64,000 nt of DNA, from NCBI GenBank assembly GCA_963792965.1, contig CAWBYW010000018.1, positions 64,001-128,000 on the forward strand, in the 5' to 3' direction. Position 1 is the stretch's first letter. Every line of letters starts with the position of its first letter. The position numbers were made by a program, and so were the translations under genes. Positions 48,725-59,554 of this stretch are shown piece by piece. The DNA comes from an uncultured delta proteobacterium. Its GTDB lineage: Bacteria; Desulfobacterota; Zymogenia; Zymogenales; Zymogenaceae. Under the pieces are notes generated by a model. It ran no database searches, had not been told where the DNA came from, and saw only the letters and a list, made by a program, of their open reading frames with translations.

Positions 48725-49981
48725 TTGCCCGTGATACCGGTAAATGATCAGAAAGCCGTGAGGACCAACAATCAGCTGTCCATCCTCAACGCGTTGAAGG
48801 GTGCCGGCCCCATGTCGCGCAGGCGTCTCCAGGGCGCGACGGGCCTCAGTTGGGGGACGATAACCTATCTGGTGAACGAGCTGATCGATCTTCAGATCGT
48901 CCGGGAAGTTGGAATGCTTGCCACGGGCGTCGGCAGGCCGCCGGTCGATCTGGATCTGAACACGGAGGCCAACTTCGTCATCGGAATCTGGATGGGAGAC
49001 CGGCACGTGGATGCGTTGATGCTCGACATAAAGGGCCGCGCGGTGCGCGAGCTCTCTCTCCCCCTGGATCCATCGGCCCATTCAGAAGCCATCGTCCGGC
49101 GTCTCTTTGGAGTGGTCGATACCCTGATCGAGCAGGGCTCTGTTGGGTGCTCGTCGATCGCCGGGATCGGGTGCGCCGTGCCGGGCTCATATAACCCGGC
49201 GACGGGCGTCTGTGCGTATGCACCTAACCACCCGCACTGGCGCGATGTACCGCTCTTGAGCCTCTTCACGGAGCGATATCACAGGCCCGTCTTCATTGAC
49301 CACGACATGAATTGCTGCGTGCTGGGCGAGCATTTCTTCGGCGACACCGGGCGCTTTTCCAACTTCGTCTGTGTGAATATCGAGGGGGGCATTGGGGCGG
49401 GCATCATGATAAACGGCGAGGTCTACCGGGGCGCTGACAACTCCGCCGGCGAATTGGGTCACATCCTTGTGGCAGACAACGGCCCGCGCTGCAGTTGCGG
49501 GAGATACGGGTGCCTGGAGTCCGTCGCATCTGACCGGGCACTTCTGGCGGGGGCCCGCCTGACGGCGGCCGGCCGCAAGCGGGACGCTTTCTCCGCAAAC
49601 CATGCCGGCGACCGCGACATGGGCCTCGAAACAGTCATCGAGGCGGCTCGGCTCGGTGATAAGGAAGTCCTTTCCCTGTTTGAGGAGATGGGGCACTACC
49701 TCGGTATCGGTATCGGTATCCTGATAACGCTCTTTAACCCCGAAAAGGTTATCCTGAGCGGCGGTATCTTCAGGGCACGGGATTTTCTGCAGACATCAAT
49801 GAACGCGTCGCTGGGTAAGACGGCGTGGCCCTATGCCCGCGCGGATGTGGGCTTCACCGTTCTTAAGAACGGCATCGTGCTGGGCGCCGCGGGAATGGTG
49901 CTGCAGGAGATTTTCAAGAACGCCCTCCTCCTGCCAGGACAGGCCGTCCGGGGCATCGCCGCCCGTGGAGACGAGAGGTGA
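48725..49981 (+). CDS. ROK-family (XylR/NagC-like) transcriptional repressor
   Basis: N-terminal HTH, GRPP, PG, GIGAG, GELGH, CSCGRYGCLE. Confidence 0.92.
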   Translation: MPVIPVNDQKAVRTNNQLSILNALKGAGPMSRRRLQGATGLSWGTITYLVNELIDLQIVREVGMLATGVGRPPVDLDLNTEANFVIGIWMGDRHVDALMLDIKGRAVRELSLPLDPSAHSEAIVRRLFGVVDTLIEQGSVGCSSIAGIGCAVPGSYNPATGVCAYAPNHPHWRDVPLLSLFTERYHRPVFIDHDMNCCVLGEHFFGDTGRFSNFVCVNIEGGIGAGIMINGEVYRGADNSAGELGHILVADNGPRCSCGRYGCLESVASDRALLAGARLTAAGRKRDAFSANHAGDRDMGLETVIEAARLGDKEVLSLFEEMGHYLGIGIGILITLFNPEKVILSGGIFRARDFLQTSMNASLGKTAWPYARADVGFTVLKNGIVLGAAGMVLQEIFKNALLLPGQAVRGIAARGDER

Positions 49982-51090
49982 AACACAGGTCCACGCATGT
50001 CGCGGCGACCGATATACGCACGCGGACGATACGACACCTGCGGGACGATCAGAAGAGGTATCATCTTCTCTTGGGCTTTGACGGGTTCGTCGACGATGTC
50101 TGCCACGTGATGGAGGCCCGTGACGACCAAAACGTACTCAGGAGAATTACCACCATCACCGAACTGGGCCGGAAAGTCGCCGGCGCCGCGGGCCTGAGCT
50201 GCGCGCTGGAACTCGTGTCCCGGGGAATCCGCCCGGGGGGCAACGCCGTGAACATGGGAAAGGCAACGGTCGAGTTCGGAAACGACCTGTCGCTGATCGC
50301 GACCCTCGGGCAAGATGCAATTCATCCGGTCTTTCGTGAGCTCACCGACGCCTGCAGAAACGTTATCTCGCTGGGGGAGCCGGGATATACCGAGGCCCTC
50401 GAATTTCTCGACGGTAAGGTCATGCTCAACAGGATGGGAGGACTTCAGGCGCTCACCTGGGACGTCGTCTCCGCACATATTCACCCCCAGGAGCTGCAGC
50501 GTCTCGTCTCAACGGCATCGCTTGTCGGGCTCCTGGATTGGTCGATCTTCCCTGCCATGGATGAGATCGTAGGTCGATTCCTCGGTATGATCCGTGAGAT
50601 GAAAGAGAGACCCGTTCTTTTTTTCGACCTCTCCGATCTGAGGCGCAGAGCGACGCAAGACATCGTCGGCATCATGGATATCGTCGGTGAGTGTGGCAGG
50701 TCCGCCCCCGCCATTCTGAGCCTCAACGAGTCCGAATCGATGATCGCGGCCGACGCGCTTTCGATAGGCGCGCGCGACGACACCCGGCGCGCCGGGGCGC
50801 TGCGCGACCGTCTCGGGATAGACGCCGTAGTCGTTCATCCCCGGCAAGGCGCCGCCGTGGCAACAAAAGAGGGCCTCGTCTGGATAGACGGCCCCTACAG
50901 CGCGCACCCGGCGGTCTCGACGGGAGGCGGCGATAACTTCAACGCGGGGTTCTGCAACGGCTGGCTGTTGGAGATGGGGCCCGAGGAGTGCGCCGCACTG
51001 GGCGCCTTCACCTCGGGGTACTACGTCAGGCACGGGAAGGCCCCCGGCAAAAAGGAATTAATCGAATTTATGGAAACATACGATAATTAG
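49978..51090 (+). CDS. PfkB-family carbohydrate kinase
   Basis: GFDGFVD, PGGNA, LNESE, STGGGDNFNAGF. Confidence 0.85.
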   Translation: MKHRSTHVAATDIRTRTIRHLRDDQKRYHLLLGFDGFVDDVCHVMEARDDQNVLRRITTITELGRKVAGAAGLSCALELVSRGIRPGGNAVNMGKATVEFGNDLSLIATLGQDAIHPVFRELTDACRNVISLGEPGYTEALEFLDGKVMLNRMGGLQALTWDVVSAHIHPQELQRLVSTASLVGLLDWSIFPAMDEIVGRFLGMIREMKERPVLFFDLSDLRRRATQDIVGIMDIVGECGRSAPAILSLNESESMIAADALSIGARDDTRRAGALRDRLGIDAVVVHPRQGAAVATKEGLVWIDGPYSAHPAVSTGGGDNFNAGFCNGWLLEMGPEECAALGAFTSGYYVRHGKAPGKKELIEFMETYDN

Positions 51091-51130
51091 ACAGTCACAC
51101 CCCGTCCGGGAGAAGAATCGGAGGAACGCT

Positions 51131-51988
51131 ATGCTCACGCTCTCTCATGTGCTCCACAAGATCAACGAACAGCCGGCGACGGCGCTGCCCGCCTTCACGG
51201 TCACCGACCTGACGGACATGCACGCCGTGCTTGCCGCCTCTCAGAATAAAAACACGCCGCTCCTCATGTTGACCGGCGACTACGAGATCAATAACTTCGG
51301 CATGGACTTCCTTCGCAAGATGACGGCGGCCGCTCGTATCAGCTATTCCATCCCGGTTTTTCTCGCGCTTGACCACGGCCTGGACTTTGACATTGCCGTG
51401 CGCTGTGTCGCCGCAGGCTATTCCCTCGTCATGTTCGACGGTTCAAGGCTCCCCCTTGCGGAGAACGTCAGGCAGACCAGGGAAATCGTCCGTGTCGCCC
51501 ATGCCGCGGGCGTTCTCGTGGAGGGGGAGATCGGCCGCATCCTGGGGCAGGAAGGAAGCACCGTCTCGGCCCGCCGGCAGCAATACGCCGACCCTGAAGA
51601 GGCCGACTTTTTCTACCGGGAGACGGGGGTCGATCTGTTGGCGGTTTCGTTCGGCACGGCCCACGGGCTGGGGGGCGGCGAAATCAGGCTGGATTACGAT
51701 ATCGTCCGAGAGGTCCGCACAAGGACCGGGGCGCCCGTCGTCATGCACGGGGGAAGCGGCGTGCCCGCCGATCAGGTAAGAGAAGCGGTACGCTCCGGCA
51801 TCAAGAAGGTCAATTTCAGCAGCGATCTTCGGGCCGCCTATACCGCCACAGTGCGCGAATATTGCGTGAAAAACCCATCGGAAATAGACCATATGAAGAT
51901 ATTCGTGGACGCGCGGAGGTCGGTTCAAAGGGTGGCGGAAGAAAAGATTTCGCTGGTCAACGCGCCGACTCTGGACACGCTCATATAG
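51131..51988 (+). CDS. Class II ketose-bisphosphate aldolase
   Basis: LDHG, MFDGS, VEGEIG, GTAHG, MHGGSG, KVNF. Confidence 0.9.
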   Translation: MLTLSHVLHKINEQPATALPAFTVTDLTDMHAVLAASQNKNTPLLMLTGDYEINNFGMDFLRKMTAAARISYSIPVFLALDHGLDFDIAVRCVAAGYSLVMFDGSRLPLAENVRQTREIVRVAHAAGVLVEGEIGRILGQEGSTVSARRQQYADPEEADFFYRETGVDLLAVSFGTAHGLGGGEIRLDYDIVREVRTRTGAPVVMHGGSGVPADQVREAVRSGIKKVNFSSDLRAAYTATVREYCVKNPSEIDHMKIFVDARRSVQRVAEEKISLVNAPTLDTLI

Positions 51989-52084
51989 GAGCGACGCCGC
52001 CACGCTTTGCGCGCAACGATCGGTGATGGTGCCTCGTGTGCATGAGGGCCGTCGTTCATTAACAATCTCTTTGGGACAACGCTC

Positions 52085-53563
52085 ATGGAAAACTATCCAC
52101 AGGTAAAGCTCGGTCTGGTGGCGGTGAGCCGTGACTGCTTTCCCCTCGAGCTCTCGCGGGGCAGGCGGGATGCCATCGCCCGACACTGCACCGACAAACA
52201 GCTGCCGATTACCGTTGTCGACACCGTCATCGAGAAAGAAGATGACATAGCTCCGGCGCTGGACGAGATACGGAATGCGGGAGTGAACGCGCTGTGCGTC
52301 TATCTCGGTAATTTCGGCCCCGAGGGCCCCGAAACGCTGCTGGCGGCCAAATTCGACGGCCCGGTCATGTTTGCCGGCGCCGCGGAAGAGTCGGCCGCCG
52401 GCCTCACGGCGAATCGGGGCGACGCCTACTGCGGCATGCTCAACGCCTCCTACAACCTCGGCCTGAGGAACCTGAGCGTCCACATACCCGAGCGGCCCGT
52501 CGGCACACCGCAGGAGATCAGCGTGTTACTTGACGAATTCACCGCGGTGGCCCGCATCATCCTCGGCATGAAGCGTCTCAAGATCTTCTCCTTCGGGCCG
52601 CGCCCGCAGGATTTCTTGGCCTGTAACGCCCCCATAAAGCCGCTCTATGACCTCGGCGTCGAGATAATGGAAAACAGCGAGCTTGATCTCTACGAGATCT
52701 TCCTTGCGGCCAAGGACGATCCGATGGTCAAGGATATCACTCGCGCGATGTCATCGGAGGCCGGGGTGAAGCATAACTTCCCCGACGTCCTGCCCGCGAT
52801 GGCCCAGTATGAGGTGGCGCTCGTTCGTTTCTTCGAGAATAATCTCGGCGCAAGCAAGTTTGCCGTCTTTGCCAACAAATGCTGGCCCGCCTTCGAGCGT
52901 TTCTTTGGGTTTGCCCCCTGTTACGTGAACTCGCGGCTGGCCATGCGGGGCATTCCCGTCAGCTGCGAGGTCGATATATACGGGGCGCTCAGCGAGTATA
53001 TCGCACTGTGCGCCACCGGGCTCCCCGCGACCCTGTTGGACATCAACAATACCGTCCCCGAGGATATGTACCGGGAGGCCGGCGGCGCGGTCGGAGACTA
53101 CCGGCCCTCCGACCTCTTTATGGGTTTTCACTGCGGCAACACGCCGTCCTGTCTCCTGGCCGGTCCCCAGCTCACCTATCACCGCATTATGAACCGGCTC
53201 ATGGAGGAAGGAAAGGAGCCCCAGATCACGCGCGGGACGATGGAGGGCACGATAAAAAGCGGGCCGGTCACCTTGCTTCGCCTGCACGCGAGCGCGGATG
53301 CCCGGTTACTCGCGTACGTCGCCGAGGGAGAGGTAATCGACCTGGACCCGAGATCGTTCGGCAGCATCGGCGTCATCGGGGTAAGAGAGATGGCGCGCTT
53401 CTACCGGCACGTCCTCATCGAAAAACGATTCCCTCACCATACCGCCGTCGCGTTCGCGCACGCGGGACGCCGCCTCTTTTACGCCTTGCGGATGCTCGGC
53501 ATCACCGACCTCTTCCACAACCGGCCCGATGGAGACCGGTATCCCACCGAAAACCCGTTTTAA
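52085..53563 (+). CDS. L-fucose/L-arabinose isomerase family protein
   Basis: GNFGPE, RGDAYCG, KCWP, CEVD, FHCGN, FPHH.AV. Confidence 0.88.
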   Translation: MENYPQVKLGLVAVSRDCFPLELSRGRRDAIARHCTDKQLPITVVDTVIEKEDDIAPALDEIRNAGVNALCVYLGNFGPEGPETLLAAKFDGPVMFAGAAEESAAGLTANRGDAYCGMLNASYNLGLRNLSVHIPERPVGTPQEISVLLDEFTAVARIILGMKRLKIFSFGPRPQDFLACNAPIKPLYDLGVEIMENSELDLYEIFLAAKDDPMVKDITRAMSSEAGVKHNFPDVLPAMAQYEVALVRFFENNLGASKFAVFANKCWPAFERFFGFAPCYVNSRLAMRGIPVSCEVDIYGALSEYIALCATGLPATLLDINNTVPEDMYREAGGAVGDYRPSDLFMGFHCGNTPSCLLAGPQLTYHRIMNRLMEEGKEPQITRGTMEGTIKSGPVTLLRLHASADARLLAYVAEGEVIDLDPRSFGSIGVIGVREMARFYRHVLIEKRFPHHTAVAFAHAGRRLFYALRMLGITDLFHNRPDGDRYPTENPF

Positions 53564-53590
53564 CAGGGACTATCATTAACGGAGGGCACA

Positions 53591-55465
53591 ATGAAGATCG
53601 ACGGAGAATGGTTCAAGGACGAACAGGGGCGCACGCTCCAGCTGAGAGGCGTCAACCTCGGGGGGAGCAGCAAGGTTCCCTACCGACCGGACGGCGCGAC
53701 CTGGAGAAGCGAGGGGTTCTACGACTATCGAAACGTGAGCTTCATCGGCCGCCCCTTCCCGCTCAATGATGCCGACGAGCATTTTCGGCGTCTGAAGGAG
53801 TGGGGGCTCACCTTCGAGCGCTTCTTGGTGACCTGGGAGGCCATCGAGCATGAGGGGCCCGGTTTATATGATGAGGCGTACCTCGACTACGTGCGCGCGG
53901 TGCTCGAAAAGGCCGCCCGGTGGGGGATATCGGTCTTCGTCGATCCCCACCAGGACGTCTGGTCCCGGTGGACCGGCGGAGACGGCGCCCCGGCGTGGAC
54001 CATGGAGGCCGTCGGGATGGATATCACCAAGATGGACGAGGTGGGAGCGGCCATCATCCATAACGTCCACGGACAGCCCTACCCTCACATGATCTGGGAC
54101 ACCAATAACTATAAGCTCGGCACCTGCACCATGTTCACGCTCTTCTTCGGCGGTAAGGATTTCGCGCCCCGGTGTATCATCGAGGGGCAGAACGTACAGG
54201 AATATCTGCAGCGCCGCTACATCGACGCCATAAAGAAGCTGGCCGCACGGCTGAAAGGGCTCCCCAACGTGGTGGGATACGGGAGTCTCAACGAGCCGCA
54301 GTGCGGCTATATCGAGTTTCGCGATATCGTGACCGCCGGCGAGTTCAGGTTCGTCGGGGAGGCGGCGCCGGGCCCGCTCGATTCCATGGCTGCGGCCGCA
54401 GGCTACCCCCGGACCGTGGACCGCTTCAAGATGAAGATAACCGGATCCAGAAAAATCGGCCGCATCACCATCAACCCGCACGGCGTGCGCCTCTGGAAGC
54501 CCGGCCGCGAGTGCGTCTGGAAGGAGCACGGCGTGTGGGACGACAAGGACGGAACTCCCCGGATCCTCAAGGAGGACTATTTCTCGCACGTACGCGGCAG
54601 GCAGGTCAGTTTTGTCAACGACTACCTGAAGCCTTTCGTCAACCTATTTGCCCGCGAAGTCCGGACGATACATCGTGGCGCCTTTGTATTCATCGAGGCC
54701 ATCCCGGGCAAGGAATTCCCGAATTTCAGCCCCCGTGAGTCAAAGAACCTCGTCAACGCCAGCCACTGGTACGACGTTCTCATGGTATACCGGAACAAGT
54801 TCAGCCCCTGGTTTTCCGCCGATATCTTCAAGGAGAAGCTGGTTATCGGGAAAAAGCGGGTTTTGAGGTCGTTTGCCAACCAGATAGGCCACATCAAGAA
54901 CTATAGCCGCGACCGGATGGGCGGCGGCCCCACCCTCATCGGAGAGTTCGGCCTCATGTATAAGCTCTATAACGGCAGGGCCTATCGGACGGGTGACTAC
55001 ACCAAGCACGTACAGGCGCTCGACTCATACTATCAGGCGCTGGACGCCAACCTCGTGGGCGGCACCATATGGAACTACAGCGCCGATAACACCAACCGCT
55101 ACGGCGACAACTGGAACGAGGAGGACAATTCGATCTTCTCCCGCGACCAACAGACCGATCCGTCCGATATCAGCTCGGGCGGGCGCGCCGTCGAAGGCTT
55201 CTGCAGGCCCTACGCCGTCAGGACCGCGGGGGTTCCGCTTTCCATGTCGTTCGATCTGAAAAGGAGAATTTTCACCTATTCGTTCAGGCCCGATCCCGCA
55301 CTGTCGGCACCGACTGAGCTGTATATTCCGCGCTGCCACTACCCCGAGGGATACCGGGTCCAGCTCACGGACGGGAGCTACGAAAAGAAAGAGGATGATC
55401 AGATGCTCCTGATAACGTCCTCAAGAGGGCCTGAGACAAAGGTGGTCGTCTTCCCTGAAAAATGA
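53591..55465 (+). CDS. GH5 glycoside hydrolase, endoglycoceramidase/steryl-glucosidase-like
   Basis: LRGVNL, TWEAIEH, HQDVWSR..GGDGAP, LNEP, HWYD, IGEFG, WNY, WNEED. Confidence 0.9.
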   Translation: MKIDGEWFKDEQGRTLQLRGVNLGGSSKVPYRPDGATWRSEGFYDYRNVSFIGRPFPLNDADEHFRRLKEWGLTFERFLVTWEAIEHEGPGLYDEAYLDYVRAVLEKAARWGISVFVDPHQDVWSRWTGGDGAPAWTMEAVGMDITKMDEVGAAIIHNVHGQPYPHMIWDTNNYKLGTCTMFTLFFGGKDFAPRCIIEGQNVQEYLQRRYIDAIKKLAARLKGLPNVVGYGSLNEPQCGYIEFRDIVTAGEFRFVGEAAPGPLDSMAAAAGYPRTVDRFKMKITGSRKIGRITINPHGVRLWKPGRECVWKEHGVWDDKDGTPRILKEDYFSHVRGRQVSFVNDYLKPFVNLFAREVRTIHRGAFVFIEAIPGKEFPNFSPRESKNLVNASHWYDVLMVYRNKFSPWFSADIFKEKLVIGKKRVLRSFANQIGHIKNYSRDRMGGGPTLIGEFGLMYKLYNGRAYRTGDYTKHVQALDSYYQALDANLVGGTIWNYSADNTNRYGDNWNEEDNSIFSRDQQTDPSDISSGGRAVEGFCRPYAVRTAGVPLSMSFDLKRRIFTYSFRPDPALSAPTELYIPRCHYPEGYRVQLTDGSYEKKEDDQMLLITSSRGPETKVVVFPEK

Positions 55466-55824
55466 CGGCAGGCCCTCCGGTCCGAAACTACGGCAACGAT
55501 ACGCTTCGGGCAACGTGGGTATTATAGCGCCTCCGCCGCTTTATGACTCGTCCGGTCCCTCCACCTTATGACGAGGAGATGATCCTCCGCCTTACGAGTA
55601 TGCAAGGCACATATGGGGCCACACAAAGCCGGAGGCCGCGATATTTACGACACGCGAGAGCCCGCCCCGTCTCGTCGTCTTGGATACCCTTCGGTCTCCC
55701 GACATGTGCTTTTTATCTGCCGGCCCTTGTTTGCAAGCCTCACATAAAACTCGCACGCCCCTTGAATTCGGATTTGAAAGGAGATATAATCTTTCTGTTT
55801 TTTTCCAAGACGGAGGTACGCCAT

Positions 55825-56172
55825 ATGGGATGTCTCTTCTGCAAGTTGGTCAGCAAAGAACGTCAGTCGACCGTCGTCTATGAGGATGATAAGGTCTTCT
55901 GTTTCGAGGATATCAATCCCCTGGCGCCGATCCACGTGGTGGTGGTCCCCAAGGAGCACGTCGGCGATCTCGGTGAACTGTTCCGGACCGGGAAGATGTC
56001 GGTCATGGCCGATCTGTACCGCGGGGCATTTGAGGTGGCTCGGAAAAAGGGAATCGACGAGAAAGGCTTCCGCACGGTGATCAACAACGGCCCCGAGGGC
56101 GGGCAGATCATCTGGCACCTGCACCTGCACGTCCTGGGCGGCAGGAGGCTCGGCGATGGGCTTGCCGGTTAG
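55825..56172 (+). CDS. HIT family nucleotide-binding protein
   Basis: CLFCK, FEDINP.APIH, HLHLHVLGG. Confidence 0.92.
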   Translation: MGCLFCKLVSKERQSTVVYEDDKVFCFEDINPLAPIHVVVVPKEHVGDLGELFRTGKMSVMADLYRGAFEVARKKGIDEKGFRTVINNGPEGGQIIWHLHLHVLGGRRLGDGLAG

Positions 56173-56196
56173 CGACGGGGGGCAATTCAGGATACG

Positions 56197-57444
56197 ATGA
56201 ACAGCTCGCGCTCACTTCCTATCGTCGTACACAAATACGGCGGCTCATCCGTGGCCGACCCCGAAAAGCTCAAGCGCGTGGCGGGGCGCATCATCGCCGA
56301 AAAGGAGCGAGGCAGACGCGTCGTGGTTGTGGTGAGCGCCATGGGCGATACGACAGATCGGCTCTTGTCCCTGGCCAGGGAGGTGGTGACGACACCCACC
56401 GCACGCGAGCTCGACATGCTGCTGTCAGTGGGAGAGCGCATCTCCATGACGCTCTTGTCGATGGCGCTCAACGAGATGGGCCACCCCGCAAAATCGTTCA
56501 CCGGCTCCCAGAGCGGCATCATCACCGACACGAGGCACTCAAACGCCCGGATCGTCGAGGTGAGGCCGAAAAGGATCATCGAGGCGCTGGATGCCGGCCT
56601 CATTGCGATCGTGGCGGGCTATCAGGGAATCAGCGTGGAAAATGAGGTGACGACGCTGGGCCGCGGCGGGTCGGACACGACGGCCGTCGCCCTTGCCGCG
56701 GCCCTCGGGGCCGATTATCTCGAGATCTGCTCGGATGTGGACGGTGTCCTGACCACCGACCCCCGGGTGGTGACCGACGCACAAAAGATCGAGGCGCTTT
56801 CCTTCGATGAGATGCAGGAGATGGCAGAGGCGGGGGCCAAGGTCCTCAATAGTGCGGCAGTCGAGTACGCCAAGCGCGCCGGGATCACCATCCGCTCCGT
56901 TTCCACCTTCGGCCCGGGGACCGGGACAATGGTGGGAGATTTCTATGAGGAGGCGCGGACGGGGTTTGTGCGCGCCGTAGTCTTTGAGCGGGACGTGGTC
57001 TATGTCGTCTCCGACGATCTCTTTTCGCTTGCCGAGGTGGATGAGATCCTCCTCTTCCTCGACGGCCAGGCCGCCGACTATAAGCAGTTTGATCTCAAGA
57101 CCTACGGCGGCGTGGGCTTCTCATTCACGTTCATCCTGTCGCTTGAAAACGTCCACGCCTACCAGGATATGAAGCGGCGGCTTGTTGAGCGTTTCTCCGG
57201 GAGGATCCTTTTCATGGAGGAGTGGGCGGCGCTCTCTCTTGTCGGCGAGGGGATAAACAACACGGGAGAGAACGTCAAAAAGGCCCTCTCGATCCTGAAG
57301 GCCCGGGGGATTGTGGTGCACGATATTCACACCTCGCGCTTCCGCATCAGCGCCCTTGTCGCGCGCGACAAAATCGATGAAGCGGTGCGCGTCTGTCATG
57401 ATACCTTCATTACGAAAAACGGGCGAGTAAATCGAGGTGGGTAA
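56197..57444 (+). CDS. lysC: Aspartate kinase
   Basis: [35 protein letters not shown]; C-terminal ACT. Confidence 0.92.
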   Translation: MNSSRSLPIVVHKYGGSSVADPEKLKRVAGRIIAEKERGRRVVVVVSAMGDTTDRLLSLAREVVTTPTARELDMLLSVGERISMTLLSMALNEMGHPAKSFTGSQSGIITDTRHSNARIVEVRPKRIIEALDAGLIAIVAGYQGISVENEVTTLGRGGSDTTAVALAAALGADYLEICSDVDGVLTTDPRVVTDAQKIEALSFDEMQEMAEAGAKVLNSAAVEYAKRAGITIRSVSTFGPGTGTMVGDFYEEARTGFVRAVVFERDVVYVVSDDLFSLAEVDEILLFLDGQAADYKQFDLKTYGGVGFSFTFILSLENVHAYQDMKRRLVERFSGRILFMEEWAALSLVGEGINNTGENVKKALSILKARGIVVHDIHTSRFRISALVARDKIDEAVRVCHDTFITKNGRVNRGG

Positions 57445-57473
57445 GCTATTGATATGATACGTCCGCGGCGCTA

Positions 57474-57501
57474 AAAAAGGCGGCCACCGGGCCGCCTTTT
57501 T
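57474..57501. terminator. Bidirectional terminator between convergent genes
   Basis: AAAAAGGCGGCC-accg-GGCCGCCTTTTT. Confidence 0.85.
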
Positions 57502-57555
57502 GTTTCTGTGCGTGGAAGGAACGACCGGCACCGAGAAAGCCGTCCGCCGTGCTCT

Positions 57556-57834
57556 CTACGGATTGGCTCCCTGTCCCTGGTTTCCCTGCGGGGGTCCCGC
57601 GGGGGGCGTCTGGGCAGGGGGCTGGTTTGTCATATAAAAATATATGAACCCTGCCACCGCTCCAACCAGCAAAATGAAGATAAGGCATGTCCGGCAGCTC
57701 GTGCCCGTCGGCTCAATCTTAGACATGTCGATCCCGGAACGGGGAGACTGCCCGGCGGGCATGCCGCCGACGGCGGGCAAACGATCCTCTCGCTCTTCAT
57801 CGTCACCCGGTCCAAACCTATTAGGGTTCTCCAT
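57556..57834 (-). CDS. Hypothetical single-TM protein
   Basis: GGAGG SD + ATG; TM CLIFILLVGAVAGFIYFYM; Pro/Gln-rich tail. Confidence 0.55.
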   Translation of the reverse strand: MENPNRFGPGDDEEREDRLPAVGGMPAGQSPRSGIDMSKIEPTGTSCRTCLIFILLVGAVAGFIYFYMTNQPPAQTPPAGPPQGNQGQGANP

Positions 57835-57854
57835 TCTTCCTCCCGCAGATCTCG

Positions 57855-58052
57855 CTAAAACGTCCCGAATACGCCAATAAAACAGAGGAGACCCGCAATC
57901 ATTGTCGCCAGGGCCATAACCCACACGATCGCGGTGACGAAGGGGGGATTGCTTTCTCCTTTTGCCCGAGCGAGGATTCGGGGCAGCACCACCATATCAA
58001 ACGTCCCGGTGATGATGAGGATGATGCCCAAAAGCTTATGCGTCTCAAGCAC
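57855..58052 (-). CDS. Small two-TM hypothetical protein
   Basis: GGAG SD + GTG; two hydrophobic helices. Confidence 0.6.
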   Translation of the reverse strand: MLETHKLLGIILIITGTFDMVVLPRILARAKGESNPPFVTAIVWVMALATMIAGLLCFIGVFGTF

Positions 58053-58065
58053 GAACGTCTCCCTC

Positions 58066-58356
58066 CTATAAGTCCACGACTATCCTGATGGAGTCTTCGC
58101 TCGAAAGCCCCTTGAGGTGTTTGAGGGTAGCATGGATCGTATCGGAGACGATCTGCGCCGCAAAGCCGTCAAGCTCTATCGGCACGCCGTCGGCCTTGAT
58201 GGCGACACTCCCTTTTTGGACGGAGAACTCGAGCCGTCGCGGGATCTTGACCCCTCTGAGGGAATTGGCAACCCCGGAAAATACGTTTGCGACGTACATC
58301 TCCACAAACGCGTTAAGGTCGATTTCCTTATCGCCGACGAATGCCTGTGCCTTCAT
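58066..58356 (-). CDS. Small hypothetical protein with an internal duplication
   Basis: VGDKEIDLNAFVEMYVANVFSGVANSLRG and ADGVPIELDGFAAQIVSDTIHATLKHLKG. Confidence 0.7.
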   Translation of the reverse strand: MKAQAFVGDKEIDLNAFVEMYVANVFSGVANSLRGVKIPRRLEFSVQKGSVAIKADGVPIELDGFAAQIVSDTIHATLKHLKGLSSEDSIRIVVDL

Positions 58357-58384
58357 ACGTGCCCCGATATGAATCGGATATAAG

Positions 58385-58459
58385 TGGTGCGCCCGGCAGG
58401 ACTCGAACCTGCGCACCAGCGTCCGGAGCGCTGTGCTCTATCCCCTGAGCTACGGGCGC
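58385..58459 (-). tRNA. tRNA-Arg(CCG)
   Basis: GCGCCCGTAGCTCAGGGGATAGAGCACAGCGCTCCGGACGCTGGTGCGCAGGTTCGAGTCCTGCCGGGCGCACCA; anticodon arm CAGCG-CTCCGGA-CGCTG; encoded CCA. Confidence 0.97.
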
Positions 58460-58526
58460 ATAACGAGTGTGCGTTCTCTTGCTGGAGGATAAGTTACCAT
58501 AGCGCCGAAAGGAAGTCAAATACTCT
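58454..58526. repeat. 73-bp direct repeat copy 1 (tRNA first 6 nt, leader and promoter)
   Basis: 71/73 identical to 63578-63650; contains minus-strand TTGACT-N17-TAACTT. Confidence 0.95.
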
Positions 58527-58699
58527 TCTCAGATGAATGGTGGAAAAATAGGGGGACTCTATACTCCTCAGGAAAGCTCGAAGCGAGAATGGGTCTTTCT
58601 TCTATTTAAACTCCGGAAAAGGATATCGAACCGATCCCCAAGGAGTATTGTTACTGATATGATACTACCATCGTTGTCCGGAGTTCAAATAGGGGAATA

Positions 58700-59363
58700 G
58701 GTCATGTCAATTAAATAGTCGAAATTGGTTTCAGGGTGTTTCCTCTCCAGTTCTGGTTTAACATATCTGTCACGCCGTACATGATGCGATCGGCGCTCGC
58801 CTCGTTGGTGAAGAAGTTGTTCATGGGGCGGGTCCTCCGGCGCACCCCGAAAGGCTCGCTCCAGAATGTTGGTCGTCCGAACCGATCTCTGCAGCGTCCG
58901 GTCGGCGTTGTGGTAGTGTAGGTTGCTGAGAAAGTCCTCCCTCATGCACCGCGCTGCCCGCTCTTCCTCGACCACCCATTTCTTTTCCCATGCCGTGAAT
59001 CGCTTGATCGCCTCTTTCTTGTTATACGCCCCAAAGATCAGCTTCGCCTTACCAAGGCAGTGAGTGTGATTGACCTTTCTGATCTTCACGGCCACGTTAC
59101 GCATCCGGTGAACGATGCATGTCTACGAAGGGATAGATGCTCCTGAGGCCTTCAAGAGGCCGGGGTTCCTGTCCAAGATGAGCAGTTTGAGATGCTTCCC
59201 CAACAGACCTCTCCCCCTGAGGTCGGAAAGAAAAATCCCTCCAGGACGCCTCGTCCTCCACATCCGCCAGCCTAAACAAAAGATTCCCAAGGTGTAAATT
59301 GATACTGATCAATCTTTAATGACAGGGCAAAAAGGTGCATGCCATTTTGTTTTTGACAAAACC
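58700..59363 (-). mobile_element. Degraded, internally deleted IS256-family element
   Basis: Ends GGTCATGTCAA / GGTTTTGTCAA are inverted; frameshifted transposase remnants (LLILDRNPGLLKA, RTTNILERAF..RRRTRPM). Confidence 0.75.
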
Positions 59364-59554
59364 AGCCTGCCTCTATCAGACAAACACCGATGACAAAGCC
59401 GCCTTTTGTCTGAAGTCAATTCCATCCTTTTTCCCATGAAAAAATCAGACCCGGCCTGATTGCCGGGAAAAGCGTCAGAGCGTAGAGTGTCACTAAGAAG
59501 AATAGGGAATGGAGAGAGATCGCCTCATCTACCGACCAAGCAAGGAGTAGTGCT

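Noticed and set aside
1131-55339. Many long antisense or alternate-frame ORFs (e.g. 3808..4872, 33691..34683, 45914..47206, 51443..52483)
   Set aside because: Shadow ORFs expected in GC-rich coding DNA; no motifs, and they overlap well-supported genes
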